Source: Octopus sinensis (taxonomy: Eukaryota). From it: a DNA stretch of 64,000 nt. Where the stretch lies: positions 63,240,001 through 63,304,000 of the forward strand of contig NC_043005.1 of assembly GCF_006345805.1 (NCBI RefSeq). Direction: 5' to 3'. Position numbers and translations under genes: made by a program. Numbering within the stretch: the first letter of the stretch is position 1; the number at the start of each line of letters is the position of its first letter. This document shows positions 11,702 to 26,930 of the stretch, piece by piece. Under the pieces are notes generated by a model. It saw only the letters and a list, made by a program, of their open reading frames with translations, ran no database searches and was not told the origin of the DNA.

Positions 11702-13424
11702 CAAGCACATTAAGGCTACAGACCTAAATACTATGCTGTTGACCTCATCATGTAAAATACATTGCTGATGAATACACTCTGATCAAGAATATCTGCCACC
11801 TTCTGTTGTAGCCACTAACAAAACCTATTGATATTTTAGAACAGGCAGGATAAGGGGGAACACAACATCCTCAGACATCAGGATCACAAAATGACCTGAG
11901 GGTGTACATATTTCACATGATAAGCCCACGTATACAAGTCAACAAGAAAGCTGTGATGTGGTTGCTCAAAGTGGTAAAAGAAGGAGAAAATTCTCCCTCA
12001 GATCATAGTCTATCATCTTCACAAAGAGAAAACTCATGTTAAAGTAATCATTGATATGCAATGTCAGTCTTCAGATATGGCTGGAATATCATTGACTCAG
12101 AGCCAACTTTATCTGTCTTTTTATCTATTTCTCTATCTGTCTGTCTGTCCTAGTGTTGATTTGTCTATCTCTCTCTATCTGTCTATTTATCTGTCTATTT
12201 ATGAATCTCTCTATCTATTTGTCTGTCTGTCAGTCTATCTATCTACTTGACTATCTGTCAATTCATCTACATATCTATCCACCCATATCTACCCACCTAA
12301 TGTGATTCAGAGGATCCCATTGGGTAAAGTAGTCCTAGATGCACAATGTCTGGTGAGGATCAGAGTCAGAATATCTTTTGTTCTGACCAAATTCATCAAT
12401 CGAACTGTTTGACTCTGTCTCCCAGTCTGCCTAGCTGTCTACCTCTGTGTATGTCTTATGTGTGCATGTATGTTTTAGTACAACTCACTCTATGAAAGCT
12501 GCATGTTTGAGTGGTGTTGCTGTTGTCAGTTTGATAGTCAATAAATCATCCACTTGCTTCACACCGTCAAAGAAGCAACACGGAATGAGATTTCTGTTAT
12601 GTTGTACAGGAAAGGCATCTTGCTGTAAAGCAATGCCTTAATAACATATTGGTCTAAATCATGGAAGCATGGGAAACATATAAAACTAGTAAACAAATAA
12701 ATTAATACCACACGCACACGCATGCACACGTACATGCGCACACACACACATACACACACACACATACACTCTTACTCACTCAAAAGGCTGACAAAGGTTA
12801 AACAACTACACCATATACTTATTCACAGAAGGTCTATATCCATGGTTATTGCTATTGTTTAGAGCCTGTTCAAACCTGATTGAGCAGATATTTGATCAAA
12901 AGCATTCCAGTCAAGACCAATGCATTTATTTAGTTTTTTCCCCCAAAGTCAATAGGATATTATATGATGGCAATTTGACTGCTATTTGAAACAGATTGGG
13001 TGACCACATAGATGTTCCTCCTCGTTGGTTAATCTTGCATGTAGCTTCATAAACCTGCTTCTCCACATTAGCTTCTATATTGATATTAATGTATTTAATA
13101 TATATTCTTTTATACAAAGCATGGAAAGAATGAAGAGATGACAGTCTGTTTTTGTTATCCATTTACTGGACAATACACTTTTCGATATTTTCACTATAAT
13201 ATAATATAATGTAATATTCTTTTCAAAGCCATTCATATTTATTTAACATCAGATAAATCTTTCATATTCCACTAGTCTATCATTAATTACAAATTATTAT
13301 TACTCTGTAGCTAATGTGGTCACTTACTGACCAATCTTTACATTTCCGTTATGAAAGTCACGATTGATAACTCAGCTTTACTTTTGACCTTCTTGTTTTG
13401 ACAATACTTTAACTGGAACCAATA

Positions 13425-13433
13425 ATGATGATG

Positions 13434-13497
<64 letters not shown>

Positions 13498-13600
13498 TAA
13501 TAAATAATAATAATAATAACAACAGGAACAATGATAATGATAATAATAATGATGATGATAACAACAATAATAGTATAAATAAAAATGATAATAATAAACA
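13425..13600. repeat. (AAT)/(GAT) trinucleotide microsatellite
   Basis: Direct. Confidence 0.95.
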
Positions 13601-14229
13601 AATGAGACAAAACAAAACAAGCAAAAACAGCAAAGAATGCTTTAGCAGTAAATTTTAAACACAAAATCGAATTCGTACAGCTTCTAACATCTAATACAGT
13701 TTGCATAATCACATATGAGCAACTTAATATAATCTTTATTGGCCACAATGTTACCGCTTCTTTACTATTGATCATGAAGAAACATCAATAATGGTAATCA
13801 AATTATAGAAAAAAATATAAGGAAACAAAAGCAAAACTTCTTTGGCACAGGGACGCAAATTGTTTTGCGGCAGAAGATGGTAAGTCAATGAAATTGCTCA
13901 CAATATGTAAATACTTTCCTCCAATGAGAGAACCTCTATGGGGTTAATTGGTTGCCCTGCCAGAAAGGGCAGTCAAATGTCTCTCAGACAATTGTTATAC
14001 CATTCTAAAAAAAAGAAAAGAAATGCATTGGAAGATTGTGTAGTCCAAATTACATTATACTTGAGAAAAGAAATAAATGAATAAAAATTAGTATGATCAT
14101 GGGTGGATAAATTTTGACCACAGGTTTGGTTGATCAAGGTTGACCTAGGGTTAGAAAAACCAATAACAAGCAATAGCAACTTCTCTATTTTATCAATCAA
14201 GAATGAAATATAAAGTTAAAACTGGTCAA

Positions 14230-14452
14230 CCTTTTAACATTTAAATTGGCCATATCCAGCCAAAATACTGAGCCCTGTTTTTTTACTTCAAACTAGCTTG
14301 ACCCAACCTCTCACCTTTCGCCTACAATATTATTCTGAAAATAAACAATCATGTTATTGAAATCTCAAAGTTACATAGTAATGCATGACAAATTCAAAGC
14401 AATGTGAAAAAATAAATATTTCATTCAACAGAGAAAACTGATTACTAAAGGG
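14230..14452. mobile_element. piggyBac-type MITE
   Basis: TCAA-CCTTTTAAC ... CTAAAGGG-TTAA; homologous along its length to 57193-57418. Confidence 0.65.
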
Positions 14453-14654
14453 TTAAATATGAGATTAGACCATAAAGCTGGAACTAAACACCACCTAGCA
14501 TTCAGTCTTTGTGTTCCACTGCTTCTGTTACAGTGTTGTTCCTTATCCTTATTAGTTTCAGTCATCAGATTATGGCCTGGCTATGTTAGGGCACAATCCA
14601 GAGATATATAACAAGAGGGGGCAAGGTGAGAAGTTCCCCCTCAGGTACAGATTG

Positions 14655-15030
14655 TACTTTCTATATCTTTTATTTGTCTCTCTCACTGGACTGCAACCAT
14701 GCTACAGCATTGCCTTGAAGGATTTTAGTCAAGCAAATCGACCCCAGGACTTATTTATTTTTAAGGCTGATGCTTATTCTATTAGTCTCTTTTGCCAAAC
14801 CACTAAGTTATGGAGACATAAACAAGACAATATATGTTGCCAAGCAGTGATGGGAAAACACAAACTCAAACATACATGAAGGGCTTCTAGTTTCTATCTG
14901 CCAAATCCACTCATAAGGTTTTGGTCTGCCTGGGGCTATAGTAGAAGACATTTGCTCAAGGTGCTACACAGTGAGACTGAACCTAAGACCATGTGGTTAG
15001 GAAGCAAACTTATTACCACACAGCCATGCA
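14655..15030 (-). mobile_element. SINE family A
   Basis: Reverse-complement homology to 9865-10275. Confidence 0.8.
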
Positions 15031-15967
15031 ATATTAATTCTGGCTGCCCATACTTATTGATTGTTAATTAAGGTAGCTGTACCAAAAGTATCTTTTATTC
15101 TTAGCATAGAGAACTTTTTCTATGCCACTGGCACCATTTATTGAATCCATTACTATGTCTAGCAATTAATTTATAAATTTTTTACAAAGTGTAAAATTTG
15201 TTTAAATATTTCAATAATTTTTCCTAAACTAAAATCACTGCAGTTTTATTTTCAATAGAATATTCTGGATTAAGAATTTGGCTGAAAGAAATTCCTAACT
15301 CAAAATGAAAATTAAAAATGAATAGGAAGGAAAATGTTTTCATTTTACTGCAAGGAATGCAGACAGTGTAATTGTGAAACTGTGTATTTATCAATGGCTT
15401 GTTTATGTATGTATAGATGGAGGGATGGAGGGATGGCAGGTAAGTATGCATAATTGTAAATATGCGTGTTTGTATGTTTTCTTCTGTGTGTGTGTGCGTG
15501 TGCGTGTGTGTATAGAAATAAGGGTGAAAAGTACTGAATACAAGTAATAAAGTCTATTCATATTTCGAGCATACCATGCTATTCACAACACACGTTTTCA
15601 TACTCATATACATTTTATATATATTTATATTTATATGGCATGTATGTAAGGGCACGAGTAAATAAATACTCCTATAATTATATATATAAATACATATATA
15701 CACACGCACACAAAAGCAGTGTTCCGGCATGGCCACAATCAAATGAATGAAACAAGTAAAAGAATACACGCATAATACTCACAGACATATATCTATATAC
15801 ATATATATATATGTATGTATACATATGTGTGTGTGTATACACACACATATGTATACACACATATGTGTGTGTGTGTATACACACACACACACACACACAT
15901 AACTCATGCCAGCATGAAAAGTAAACATTGATGATGATCGTGGTTATAATGTTGTTGATGATACATA

Positions 15968-16021
<54 letters not shown>

Positions 16022-16394
16022 CATATATACAATCAGCAGCCTTGCTGTAGAATCTCTTTGCTTCTCATTAGTTTACTTAGAAAGGAATAGATATACCCAC
16101 ATGTATAAGTTAGTTTAATATAGCATGAACTATGGCATGTAAAGCAGTCATCATCTATAACCTTTAAGCAGTACAAAGACTTGTGTCCAATGGCAAAGTA
16201 GACCACAAACTGATTCCTAGTTACCTTCTTCAGACCTGTATGAGTATCTGAAATCTGTACAGCTGGTTGCTGAAGAATTTCTTTATTATAACAATATTCT
16301 TCTTTATAGTGATGAGCTGCTTTTATGTTTTTCTATATATTTTACTTTATATTATGTATTGTTTGTGAACAATAGTAACATTGCCATATAATAA

Positions 16395-16753
16395 TAAAAC
16401 TATGCTGGATCATAGATAGCATGCCCAGCTGACAAGGTATGCGATAAGGAAGAAAGAAAAGTCAATAGATATGATAGGTTAGCTTGGGCGGTTAAGTAGT
16501 TGTGGTCGATGAAAAAGGTGGTAGTAGTACCAATAATTGTTGGAGCCCGGAGTACAGTGAGTAAAAATCTTGAGAAGTACATGGAACAAATAAGGGCTGC
16601 AATAAGGGTGGAGCACATGCAGAAAACAGCACTGCTTGGAACCGCTCAAATAATCCGGAAGGTGCTCAAAAAATAAGGGGTGTTACCTTAGTTCACTGGT
16701 AATGAACAACTGACATCATAGTACATCTCCAGCGTTAGAAGCTGTGCAAAGGC

Positions 16754-16830
<77 letters not shown>
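16395..16830 (+). mobile_element. R4/Dong-clade LINE 3' end with (AAT)n tail
   Basis: Translation ACPADKVCDKEERKVNRYDRLAWAVK*LWSMKKVVVVPIIVGA...MQKTALLGTAQIIRKVL then (AAT)n 16755-16830. Confidence 0.8.
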
Positions 16831-16831
<1 letters not shown>

Positions 16832-18410
16832 CAAACCTAGCACCAGAACAACTCTGGATCCCAATAACATAAACAACAAACTCAGCACTAGAACAACTCA
16901 GGACACCTATGACAACTGAAAATGTCACCCAGGCACTGCAAAATCTAAGCAACAGGAAGGCACCCTGGTACGATAAGATCAACTTCTGGTTAAAATATCT
17001 GACAGGAACACAAAAAGCTGGCTGAGAAATTTAATGACACACTAGCAGACCCAGAGACAATGCCTGAATGGCTCATGGAAGGGAAAACTATCCTAATTCC
17101 CAAATCCACTGAAACAATAGACCCACAAAATTACAGACCAATAACTTATCTCCCTACAATTTACAAAGTCTTTACTGCAATAATATCATAGAGAATGAGC
17201 AAGTATCTGGTAGAAAACAACCTATTTCCAGTAGAGTAGAAGGGATGCTGTAAAGATCAACTAATGATCAATAAAGCCATAGCTGAAGACAGCTGCAGGA
17301 AGAAGAAGGATTTAAGTATGGCCTGGATTGATTACCGAAAGGCTTTTGATAGTATTCCCCACACATGGATCCTAGAAACACTAGCCATGAACAAGGTTGC
17401 ACCAATACTCATAAAATATATAACACATTCCATGAATAAATGGCAGACAGTGCTACAGCTCCAGACAAGAGAGGGGTTCATAAGAACCAAAGCCATCCCC
17501 ATTAGAAGAGGAATATTCCAGGGAGACATGCTCCCTCCACTCCTTTTCTGTTTGGCACTGACACGTTTATCTGACATGCTATACAGAACTGGATGTGGAT
17601 ACAACTATTATGGCAAAACAATCAGCCAACTCTTATATATGGATGACTTGAAACTGTATGCTACAAATGATAAACACTTGGAAACATTACTATAGACAGT
17701 ACATGGATTTACCAAAGAAATAAACATGAAATTTGGCTTAGAAAAATATGCCAAAGCAATCTTGAAAAGAGAAAAACTAGTTAAGAGTAGCAACATCACA
17801 CTAGATAAAGCAAATGAAATAAGAGAATTAAACCAAAGCTAGACATACAAATACTTAGGAATCAATGAACTAGATACGATAAGCCACACACAAATGAAAG
17901 AGAAAATAGAAAGAAAAGAATACTATAGACGAGTTAGATTAATACCAAAAACAGCACTCAATACGTAAAACAAGATAATACATATCAACAGTTATCAAGA
18001 TAGGTATCAACAAGTACAAACAAACAATCATACTACCTAACAAATATGAAGAAGAAACAACAAAAGCTATAAAACAATTGAAAACCTAACTAAAACTAGA
18101 ACAGAAATGGTCCATGATAAGACGATGGCAAGAAAAGCCCCTTCATGGCAAATACTGGGCTAAACTAAATGCAAAAGAAATAGAGAAAAAGTCAGCAATG
18201 GTTGAGAAGCTCAGGACTCTAAGCAGAGACTGAAAGATTTTTAATTGCAGCACAAGACCAAAGACTTGGAAATAGTGGTAACTCGAATGTAGAATCTAAA
18301 AACAGAAACAATTCCTATCATAGTAGGTGCATTAGGTATGATAAAAAAATATTCAGACAAATACATAACAAAAACACCAGGACTTACAAATATATATAAC
18401 ATACAGAAAA
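16830..18410 (+). pseudogene. R4/Dong-clade LINE reverse transcriptase relic with internal deletions
   Basis: NYRPIT, AWIDYRKAFDSIPH, RRGIFQGDMLPPLLF, LLYMDDLKLY, YKYLG; later AAQDQ fused to DLEI...IVGALG. Confidence 0.9.
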
Positions 18411-18493
18411 TTTTTAATTGCAGCACAAGACCAAAGACTTGGAAATAGTGGTAACTCGAATGTAGAATCTAAAAACAGAAACAATTCCTATCA

Positions 18494-19469
18494 GCTGGAT
18501 GCCCTTCCTAACGCCAACCACTCCGAGAGTGTAGTGGGTGATTTTATGCACCACCGACACAGGTGCCAGACGTGGCTGGCGAATGGCTACGCTTGGATGG
18601 TGTTTTTTATGTGCCACCGACACAGGTGTCAGACAAGGCTGGCGAACGGCCACGATCGGATGGTGTTTGTTACATGTTCACAGCACGGAGGCCAGTCGAT
18701 GCGGTACTGGCTACGGCCACGTTCGGATGGTTTTCTTATGTGCCACCGGCACTGGTACCACAAAGATACAAATTCCATTGATGTTCATCTAATTTGATTT
18801 GGTTTGATTTTCACTTGCCTCCACAGGTCTTCACAAGTGTTCCAAGAAGGAAGGTATGCACAGGTGGACTGACTACGTCCCAGGTAAGGGCCACGGGTTA
18901 TGGCCTCACTAGTCTTGCTGGATCTTCTCATGCACAGCATACTTCCATAGGTCTCGGTCTCTAGTCATTTCCTTGGTGAGACCTAAAGTTCGAAGGTCGT
19001 GCTTCACCACCTCGTCCCAGGTTTTCCTGGGTCTACCTCTTCCACAGGTTCCCTCAACTGCTAGGGTGTAGCACTTTTGCACACAACTATCTTCAGCCAT
19101 TCTCATCACATGACCATACCAGCGCAGACGTCTCTCTTGCACACCACAACTGATGCTTCTTAGGTTCAACTTTTCTCTCAAGGTACTTACACTCTGTCGA
19201 TTATGAACACTGACATTACACATCCATCAGAGCATACTGGCTTCATTTCTTGCGAGCTTACGCATATCCTCAGCAGTCACGGCCCATGTTTCACTACCAT
19301 GTAGCATGGCTGTACGTACACATGCATCATACAGTCTGCCTTTTACTCTGAGCGAGAGGCCTTTTGTCACCAGCAGGGGTAAGAGCTCTCTAAACTTTGC
19401 CCAGGCTATTCTTACTCTAGCAGTTACACTTTCAGCACACCCACCCCCACTACTGACTTGGTCACCTAG
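18494..19469 (-). mobile_element. RTE LINE, 5'-truncated: ORF C-terminus plus 3' UTR
   Basis: [12 protein letters not shown]...LHGSETWAV...RRLRWYGHVMRM...GRGRPRKTWDEVVKHDL; 5' end abuts (TA)n. Confidence 0.92.
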
Positions 19470-19556
19470 ATATATATATATATATATATACATACACATA
19501 CATATATACACACACACATATATATATACGTATGTATATGGACACACAAACACACA

Positions 19557-19606
<50 letters not shown>

Positions 19607-21019
19607 TATATATAGAGAGAGAGAGAGGAAGGGTGTCTAGTCATAAAACTGGATGGAAAAGCGAATGTAAAATGATGATGATGATGGTGGTGATGATGAT
19701 GGTGGTGGTGATGGTGGTGATGATGATGGTGGTGGTGATGGTGGTGGTGATGATTGTGGTGGTGATGGTGGTGGTGGTGGTGGTGGAAGTAGTTGCAGCT
19801 GCAATAGTGGTGATGGAGGTTGGTGAAGGTAATGGTGATTTCTCATGCAAGCACAAAGCCACACTTTTCTATGGAATATACATACAATCAAATTGATTCC
19901 AGTACATGAATGGCATTTGCTTTTCCTTACCTAGAGGCAAAGTTGACTCCAGTAGAATTTAAACTCAAAATATGGATTATCATTTATTATCCTCCATCTG
20001 TTTTATTTTTACTTAAAAGTGGGATATACACAATTCCAATAATGCATTTATTTACCAATCTATCTTCGGAATATATTACAGAATATTTGCAAACCGAACA
20101 CTTTAATAAGTTTTCCACCATAACTTTATGTGAGCATACAGAGAAGATGCAAAAATATATTGATATTTGCTGAATATATTTATATTTGTTAAGTTAGGTT
20201 AGGTTTCATTTGATAGCTACATCAGTAATGTAAATAACCTATTTCTCATAGTACCCAGTTCAGTAGTGTTCATATATATTACTGGAAGCAAATAATCAAT
20301 TTTTGTTATTTTTCCTCTTCACTGACTCTTTCTAGTTTTCAATTACTATGAAATGCACAATTCAATCTCTCTTTCTCACCCAAGATACTTGCGTTTCTAT
20401 TACAAAATGCTTTTATATTTGTGTTCATTATTAAGGGCAGTAAGAGTGCAGTTCTTGAAGAAACAGTAGAATATCAAACCAAATGTTTTGCAGTATCTAC
20501 TTACAACTTTCTGCATTCTGATTTCAAACCATTTTAGGGCCAATTTTGAGTTTTCTCCTTCCAGAAATGATTAATTAAAACCATTGAAATCAGTTCAATT
20601 AGCTAAATTTCATTTGTTTGCTTTGTGACAGTTTTTCCATGCTAGCATGGGTTAGATGAATACATATTACTTAGGTATTGTTTTACTAACTTTTGCCTGT
20701 TTTTCAGAGTAAGGAAGATTCCATTTCACTTGCCTTCAAAATCAAAGAAACCCTAAATGATTTGTGGACAGGAAAATAATGATGGATAGCATAGTCTTTG
20801 GCATGCGTACACATAAACACACAGAACATACATACGCTCATACATATAAATGTATAGCAGAAAAAAGGTACAGATGGGCAAACATCTGGTATCAAGTCAG
20901 ATTATGACAAATATTTATGCACTGATAGATCTTAAGGGTAGAAATAAAGGTTACAGGACTTTAGATCACAAGAGATCAAGACAAGATTGGCTGAGGAATG
21001 TTGATAATGGTTGTGATCA

Positions 21020-21380
21020 TCATCATCATCATCGTTTAACGTCCGCTTTCCATGCTAGCATGGGTTAGACGATTTGAGTGAGGACTGGCAAACCAGATGG
21101 CTGCACCAGGCTCCAATCTTGATGTGGCAGAGTTCCTACAGCTGGATACCCTTCCTAATGCCAACCACTCTGAGAGTGTAGTGGGTGCTTTTACATGCCA
21201 CCGGCATGAGGGCCAGTCAGGTGGTACTGGCAAAAGTCACGAAAAATCGTGTTTTTTACGTGCCACCTGCACACCGGTACAGTAAGGCGACACTAGTAAC
21301 GATCATGCTTGAATGGTGCTTATTACGTGCCACCAGCATGAACACCAGTTAACCACTCTGGCATATGCTGGTATTCTCCC
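21020..21380 (-). mobile_element. RTE LINE 3' tail
   Basis: (CAT)n CGTTTAACGTCCGCTTTCCATGCTAGCATGGG...GCTGGATACCCTTCCTAATGCCAACC. Confidence 0.85.
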
Positions 21381-22286
21381 GGAACAGGTATAAAGTGAGT
21401 TCATTTTATAGATATTAGGTAGTAGGGTAAGGCAGGTTATCATAGATAGAATCTAAATCTGGATGAGAAGAAGAAAGGTGAGCAGATATTACCTTGCAGC
21501 TGTTTCAAAAGTAGCTGTGCAGTTGAGGCAATTCTCTGTGAGTAGTCAGTGACCTGTACATGACAAATTTCATGCAGTTTATATTTGCCAAATTCACTCA
21601 CCAGGTCAGCCCAGGCTATAATAGAATGTATTTGCCTAAGAGGCTTCACAATGAGACTGAATTCAAAACTAGAGAGTTGTGAAGTGAAATTCTGAAGCAC
21701 ATGGCTATACCTACCCCATTAATCATGCTTGTGCCTATATGCATCCTCAAAATTTGTGATCTATTAAAAAGAAAATCCTTATTATCAAAATTACTGCTCT
21801 ACACATATTCTTTTTTGCTTCTCTATTTTCTGCACATTTTCTGCATTCAAATATATTCTTAGAATTAACTTTAAATTTAAGCCTTCCGGAATTAATAGAA
21901 TAAGAATGGGGTTATATACATGGTGTATATTAAACTAATTGTACTCCCTCTTCTATAAATACCTAGCCTTATGCCAGTCATTTGAAATCATTATTAGCTC
22001 TTTTAAATGCAATTGAACCTACTATAGTAAAACCAGAATTTTTTGTCCCTCCCTTTTCTCTCTTAGAACATAGAGTATTTAGTTTCAATGAGATAACAAC
22101 CACCTCTGTCAACTATTATACTATTATTTAGCTCATTTTATTGCCCTATAAGGCATGCAGCATACATTTTCTACCTTGCAACTAAAATTAAGCATAATCT
22201 AAAATATACTGTTCAAAATATGTATGAGTGTGTGTACGTTGGAATAGATATATGTGCATGTGTATGTGTGTGAGTATATATGTATG

Positions 22287-22345
<59 letters not shown>

Positions 22346-22469
22346 TCATATATGTATACACACACAATCACACATATGGATAATATATATAATATACTTG
22401 ATACAAGTATGCATAAATGTATACACACACACACATATATTTATGTATATATATATGTGTGTGTGTTTG

Positions 22470-22501
<32 letters not shown>

Positions 22502-23070
22502 GATATATATATTTAAATAAAAATTGCAAAACACTTGAGAAATGAAAGATAAAAAACACTACTATAGGAATCAAAGTATGTTCTTTTATTATTTAACTTA
22601 AATCTAATTTTTTTTTTAATTCTTTTTTACTCTTTTAAAAGATTCTTCTTATAGAATATGATCAAATATTATTAAATGTAATAGATTTTTCCTTATGTTA
22701 TACTTTGAAGCATTTGAAATCGTCATGCTTGGAAAAATAATTTTTCAAGCATAGATTTCAGAGAAACTAAAACATTATTATTATTCTTTATTGTTATCAT
22801 TATCATCATCATCATCTTCATCATCATCATCATTGCCTTTTGAATTCTTCCAAAATTCTTAGGAAGTTTTGAAAATATATAAATATATGAATAAAAAAAA
22901 TTGCGTTTTGCATTTTTGATTGCTGGAAATTCAAAATAGCTGATAAAAGTGTGATTTCAAACATTTCATTTTAGTTGGTCATGAATCCTGAATTAAATGA
23001 AGATTTATTTTCTCTGTTCCTTATCACAGAAACAAAACAGAAAAAAAAGTACATAAGAATTAATGCTGTC

Positions 23071-23102
<32 letters not shown>

Positions 23103-23162
23103 GTATATATACATATATATACATATGTACATATATACATACATAGACGCAAACATGCATAA

Positions 23163-23237
<75 letters not shown>

Positions 23238-24204
23238 GATAGATAGATAGATATTGATATAGGTATATAGGTATTGTTTTTGGTGGCAGGCATGACATGA
23301 TATTCTTTATAATCTTCCCTGATAATATTGATTTATCTACTTCTATGGGTATTTCAAAAATCACTGTGCATCAAGCTAAACACTATATAACTTATTTTGA
23401 AAATCAACTCAATGTTGTTGTTGCTATCATTGCCTTCCTCATTTCATCATCATCATTACCATTGCTGCTGGAGTGGTCAGCACCGTCAGCACCGTCACCG
23501 CCGCCGCCGCCACCACCTCATGATTGTGAGCCTGACATTCTAACCACTGACCCGTTACACCTTCATATGTATACTCACACACATGCAAGCACACACACAC
23601 ACACACATATATTGTGGACATCATAAGAAAATTATAAATTTTTCAGAGAATGTGAAATAATTCTTTATTAGAATAGTATATCATGAAGTACATATGTAAA
23701 ACTATAGCATGTACATATTGGATTAAAAACCTATTTTGGATAGATACAGTTAGTCCAGTATTTACATATTCAGATAAATATAGTCAATATAAATATATAC
23801 ATATATATGTATATATATATATATATATATATTTATTTGTATTATTTTTATTTTTATTATTATTTTGCATATTGATGTATATTGTTTTGTTCGATTTGCA
23901 TGTTCCCATTTGTATAATTTATAAATAATGTGAAATTGTAATATCCATAAGTTGATGATCGAAATGAATTTGTTCCATTTTCTTATTTGCATTATGAATT
24001 TACAGTAAAATATTTTTTTACCTTCACCCATTCAATACAATAAATAAATTAATTGCATTGCAATTAAAAGCATTTATGTATTTAGTATTTGGGTACTTTA
24101 CCAGCAGTATATTGGATAACTGATAGTGGGTTACTTTCATAACCCCTACCTTACTTTGTACTATATATATATATATATGTATGTATGTATATGTATATAT
24201 ATAA

Positions 24205-24245
<41 letters not shown>

Positions 24246-24281
24246 GGTATATATATATATATCTTGATATATGTGTGTGTG

Positions 24282-25135
24282 TGCTGGTGACAAAGGGCCT
24301 CTCGCTCAGAGTAAAAGGTAGCCTGTACGACGCATGTGTGAGAACAGTCATGCTATATGGCAGTGAAACATGAGCTGTGACTGCTGAGGAGATGCATGAT
24401 GCATAAGCTTGCAAGGACTGGAGCTAGTACGCACTGGATATGTAATGTCAGTGTGCATACACCACAGAGTGTAAGTGCCCTGAGAGAAAAGTTGGACATA
24501 AGAAGCACCAGATGGAGTGTGCAAGAGAGACGACTGCATTAGTATGGTCATATATTGTGTATGGATGAGGACAGCTATGTGCAAAAGTGTCTCACCCTAG
24601 CAGTAGAGGGAACCTGTGAAAGAGGTAGACCTAGGAAGACCTGGGATGAAGTGGTGAAGCATGGCCTTCAAACGTTGGGCCTCACAGAGGCAATGACAAG
24701 TGACTGAGAACTTTGGAGATATGCTGTGCTTGAGAAGACCTGGCAAACCAAGTGAGATTGTAATTGTGGCCTATGCCAGTGCAGCATAGCTGGCCCATCT
24801 AAGAGTACTCTTCAATCATTGGGCAATAAACTGCATTTGTGAAGACCTGTTGAATCAAGTGAAGCCATTGTCGTGGCCAATGACAGTACTGCCTGATTGG
24901 CACCCATGCTGGTGGCACATATAAAGCACCATTCAAGCGTGATCATTGCCAGTGCTGCCTGACTAGTTTCCATGCTGGTGGTATGTAAAAAGCACCATTC
25001 GAGCTTTGTCATTGCCAGTGCTGCCTGACTAGCCCTCATGGCAGTGGCACACAAAAAGCACCCACTACATTCTCAGAGTGGTTGGCATTAGGAATGACAT
25101 CCAGCTGTAGAAACTCTGCTAGATCAGATTGGACG
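24282..25135 (+). mobile_element. RTE LINE, 5'-truncated, degenerate
   Basis: GCTGGTGACAAAGGGCCTCTCGCTCAGAGTAAAAGG homologous to 19260-19380 and 55045-55500, followed by 3' UTR motifs. Confidence 0.88.
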
Positions 25136-25639
25136 AAGATGTGTGTGTGTATGTGTCATTATCATCATCATCATCGTTTAATGTCTGACTTCCATGCTAT
25201 ATATATATATATATTACTGTATGTATATATGTGTGTGTTTGAGTGATTTCATGTTTTCCTTGTCTACATGTATGTTCACATTCTATTTAATTGTAAACAA
25301 AAAGCTCTTTCATACAGTGTCATATGGTTCTAGCTCTCTAAGATGTAATCATGCCTAGGATATTTATTGGTTGATACACTGGGAGATTATTACTTCACTG
25401 AGTGACAAGAATCAGTTGTTGATTGGAAGGATGTCTAGCTATGGAAACGTCTGCTCCATCATATTCATGTTTGACCTATGGAAGCATGGAAAAATAGATG
25501 TTTAAGATCTACTTCTTTCTCATAATGGTTTAGTGCAGGGTACTTTTATTTCTGTCATCCCAAGATATTGGGTTTGCAGAATCATTAATTCAGGAATGAG
25601 AATGTTTAAAAGAAATAAACTAAAGAGATCTCTGAAAAT

Positions 25640-25920
25640 GAAAGTACAGCCATATTCTCGAACAAGCTGGTTCTTACAGGCATATCAATAAAGGCAAAGC
25701 ACCCAGATATTATAACTGTCAAAGCATAATGCAAAAAATGTTTTCTGATAGACATATCAATCCTAGCAGACAACATGATATCTCTAAAGCCATTGAAGAA
25801 TTTTGGGATCGTAAAATGATAGATATATCTTAAATTGAATAAAAGATAACAGAAACTATATAAAAACAGATACTTGAGAAATGATAAAATGTCACATACA
25901 AATATATAACATCTCAGGAT
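25640..25920 (+). mobile_element. R4-like endonuclease relic
   Basis: Translation IKAKHPDIITVKA*CKKCFLIDISILADNMISLK (RPD..IDV motif). Confidence 0.55.
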
Positions 25921-26409
25921 GACTTATATGTTTAATATATAAACAATAACACTTCTATGTGACTCATATTATGAGGTGTATTATCAATGAAATTATTTAT
26001 ATCAGTAATATCCAACATTTTCTTTTCAATGGACACATGACTAGAATGCTACAGGGAAGAATCATATGATGGATTCTTGAAGCTGAGACAGTTGGAAGGG
26101 AACTTAAGAGTAGACCAATAACAAGATGGTTGGATAATATGTGTAATTCCAAATGGTCACACATGAGATTCCAGCTGGGCAATCTAATGATGAATGCTTC
26201 TGATAGGACACTACAAAAAAGGTACCTACATGGCACTCCTAAGAATAGCGAACAAAAAAGATGGATAAAATCTTATGCCCACATGTGTTCACACACACAC
26301 ACATACACACACACACATGCACACACATGCATATATATAAAGGAAAGAATAGAGTCAAAAGGAAGAGGGAGTATGGGCTCTATATATGTTCTTAATGGAA
26401 TACACCTCA

Positions 26410-26456
<47 letters not shown>

Positions 26457-26727
26457 AAAGCAATAGCAGACAAATCTCCCTCAAATTACAAACACCTTTA
26501 CAATTTTAAAACATCTCATTAAATAAAGCTGTTATACACGTTTGAAAAAAATATATGGGATAGTCATGGCAGGAATACTTTTCATAAAATATTCTGAATT
26601 GTTTGTAATTTAATCTCAGTGGGAACTAAACTAGAGACAAAGCAATAACAACTCAATGTGCATACAATTGCACTTGGATGTGCAATAAAGGTGTAGATTA
26701 AATAAGCTGACTATTATAATCCTTTCT

Positions 26728-26930
26728 ATTTTAAGCACAAGGCTTGAAATTTGGTGGGAGGAGACCAGTCGATTACATCAACCCCAGGGTGCAACTGGTA
26801 TTTATTTCACTGACCCCAGCATGAAAGACAAAGTCACTATGACAGAATTTGTACTCAGAGCCTAAAGACAAATGAAATACCACTTAGCATTTTGCCCAGC
26901 ATGCTAACAGTTCTGCCAGCTCACCACATT
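26728..26930 (-). mobile_element. SINE family B
   Basis: Homology to 11484-11701. Confidence 0.75.

Noticed and set aside
14545-14580. Minus-strand CTGATGA-CT-GAAAC
   Set aside because: No stem II or III; it is a variant of the SINE A tail (AATGACTGAAAC)
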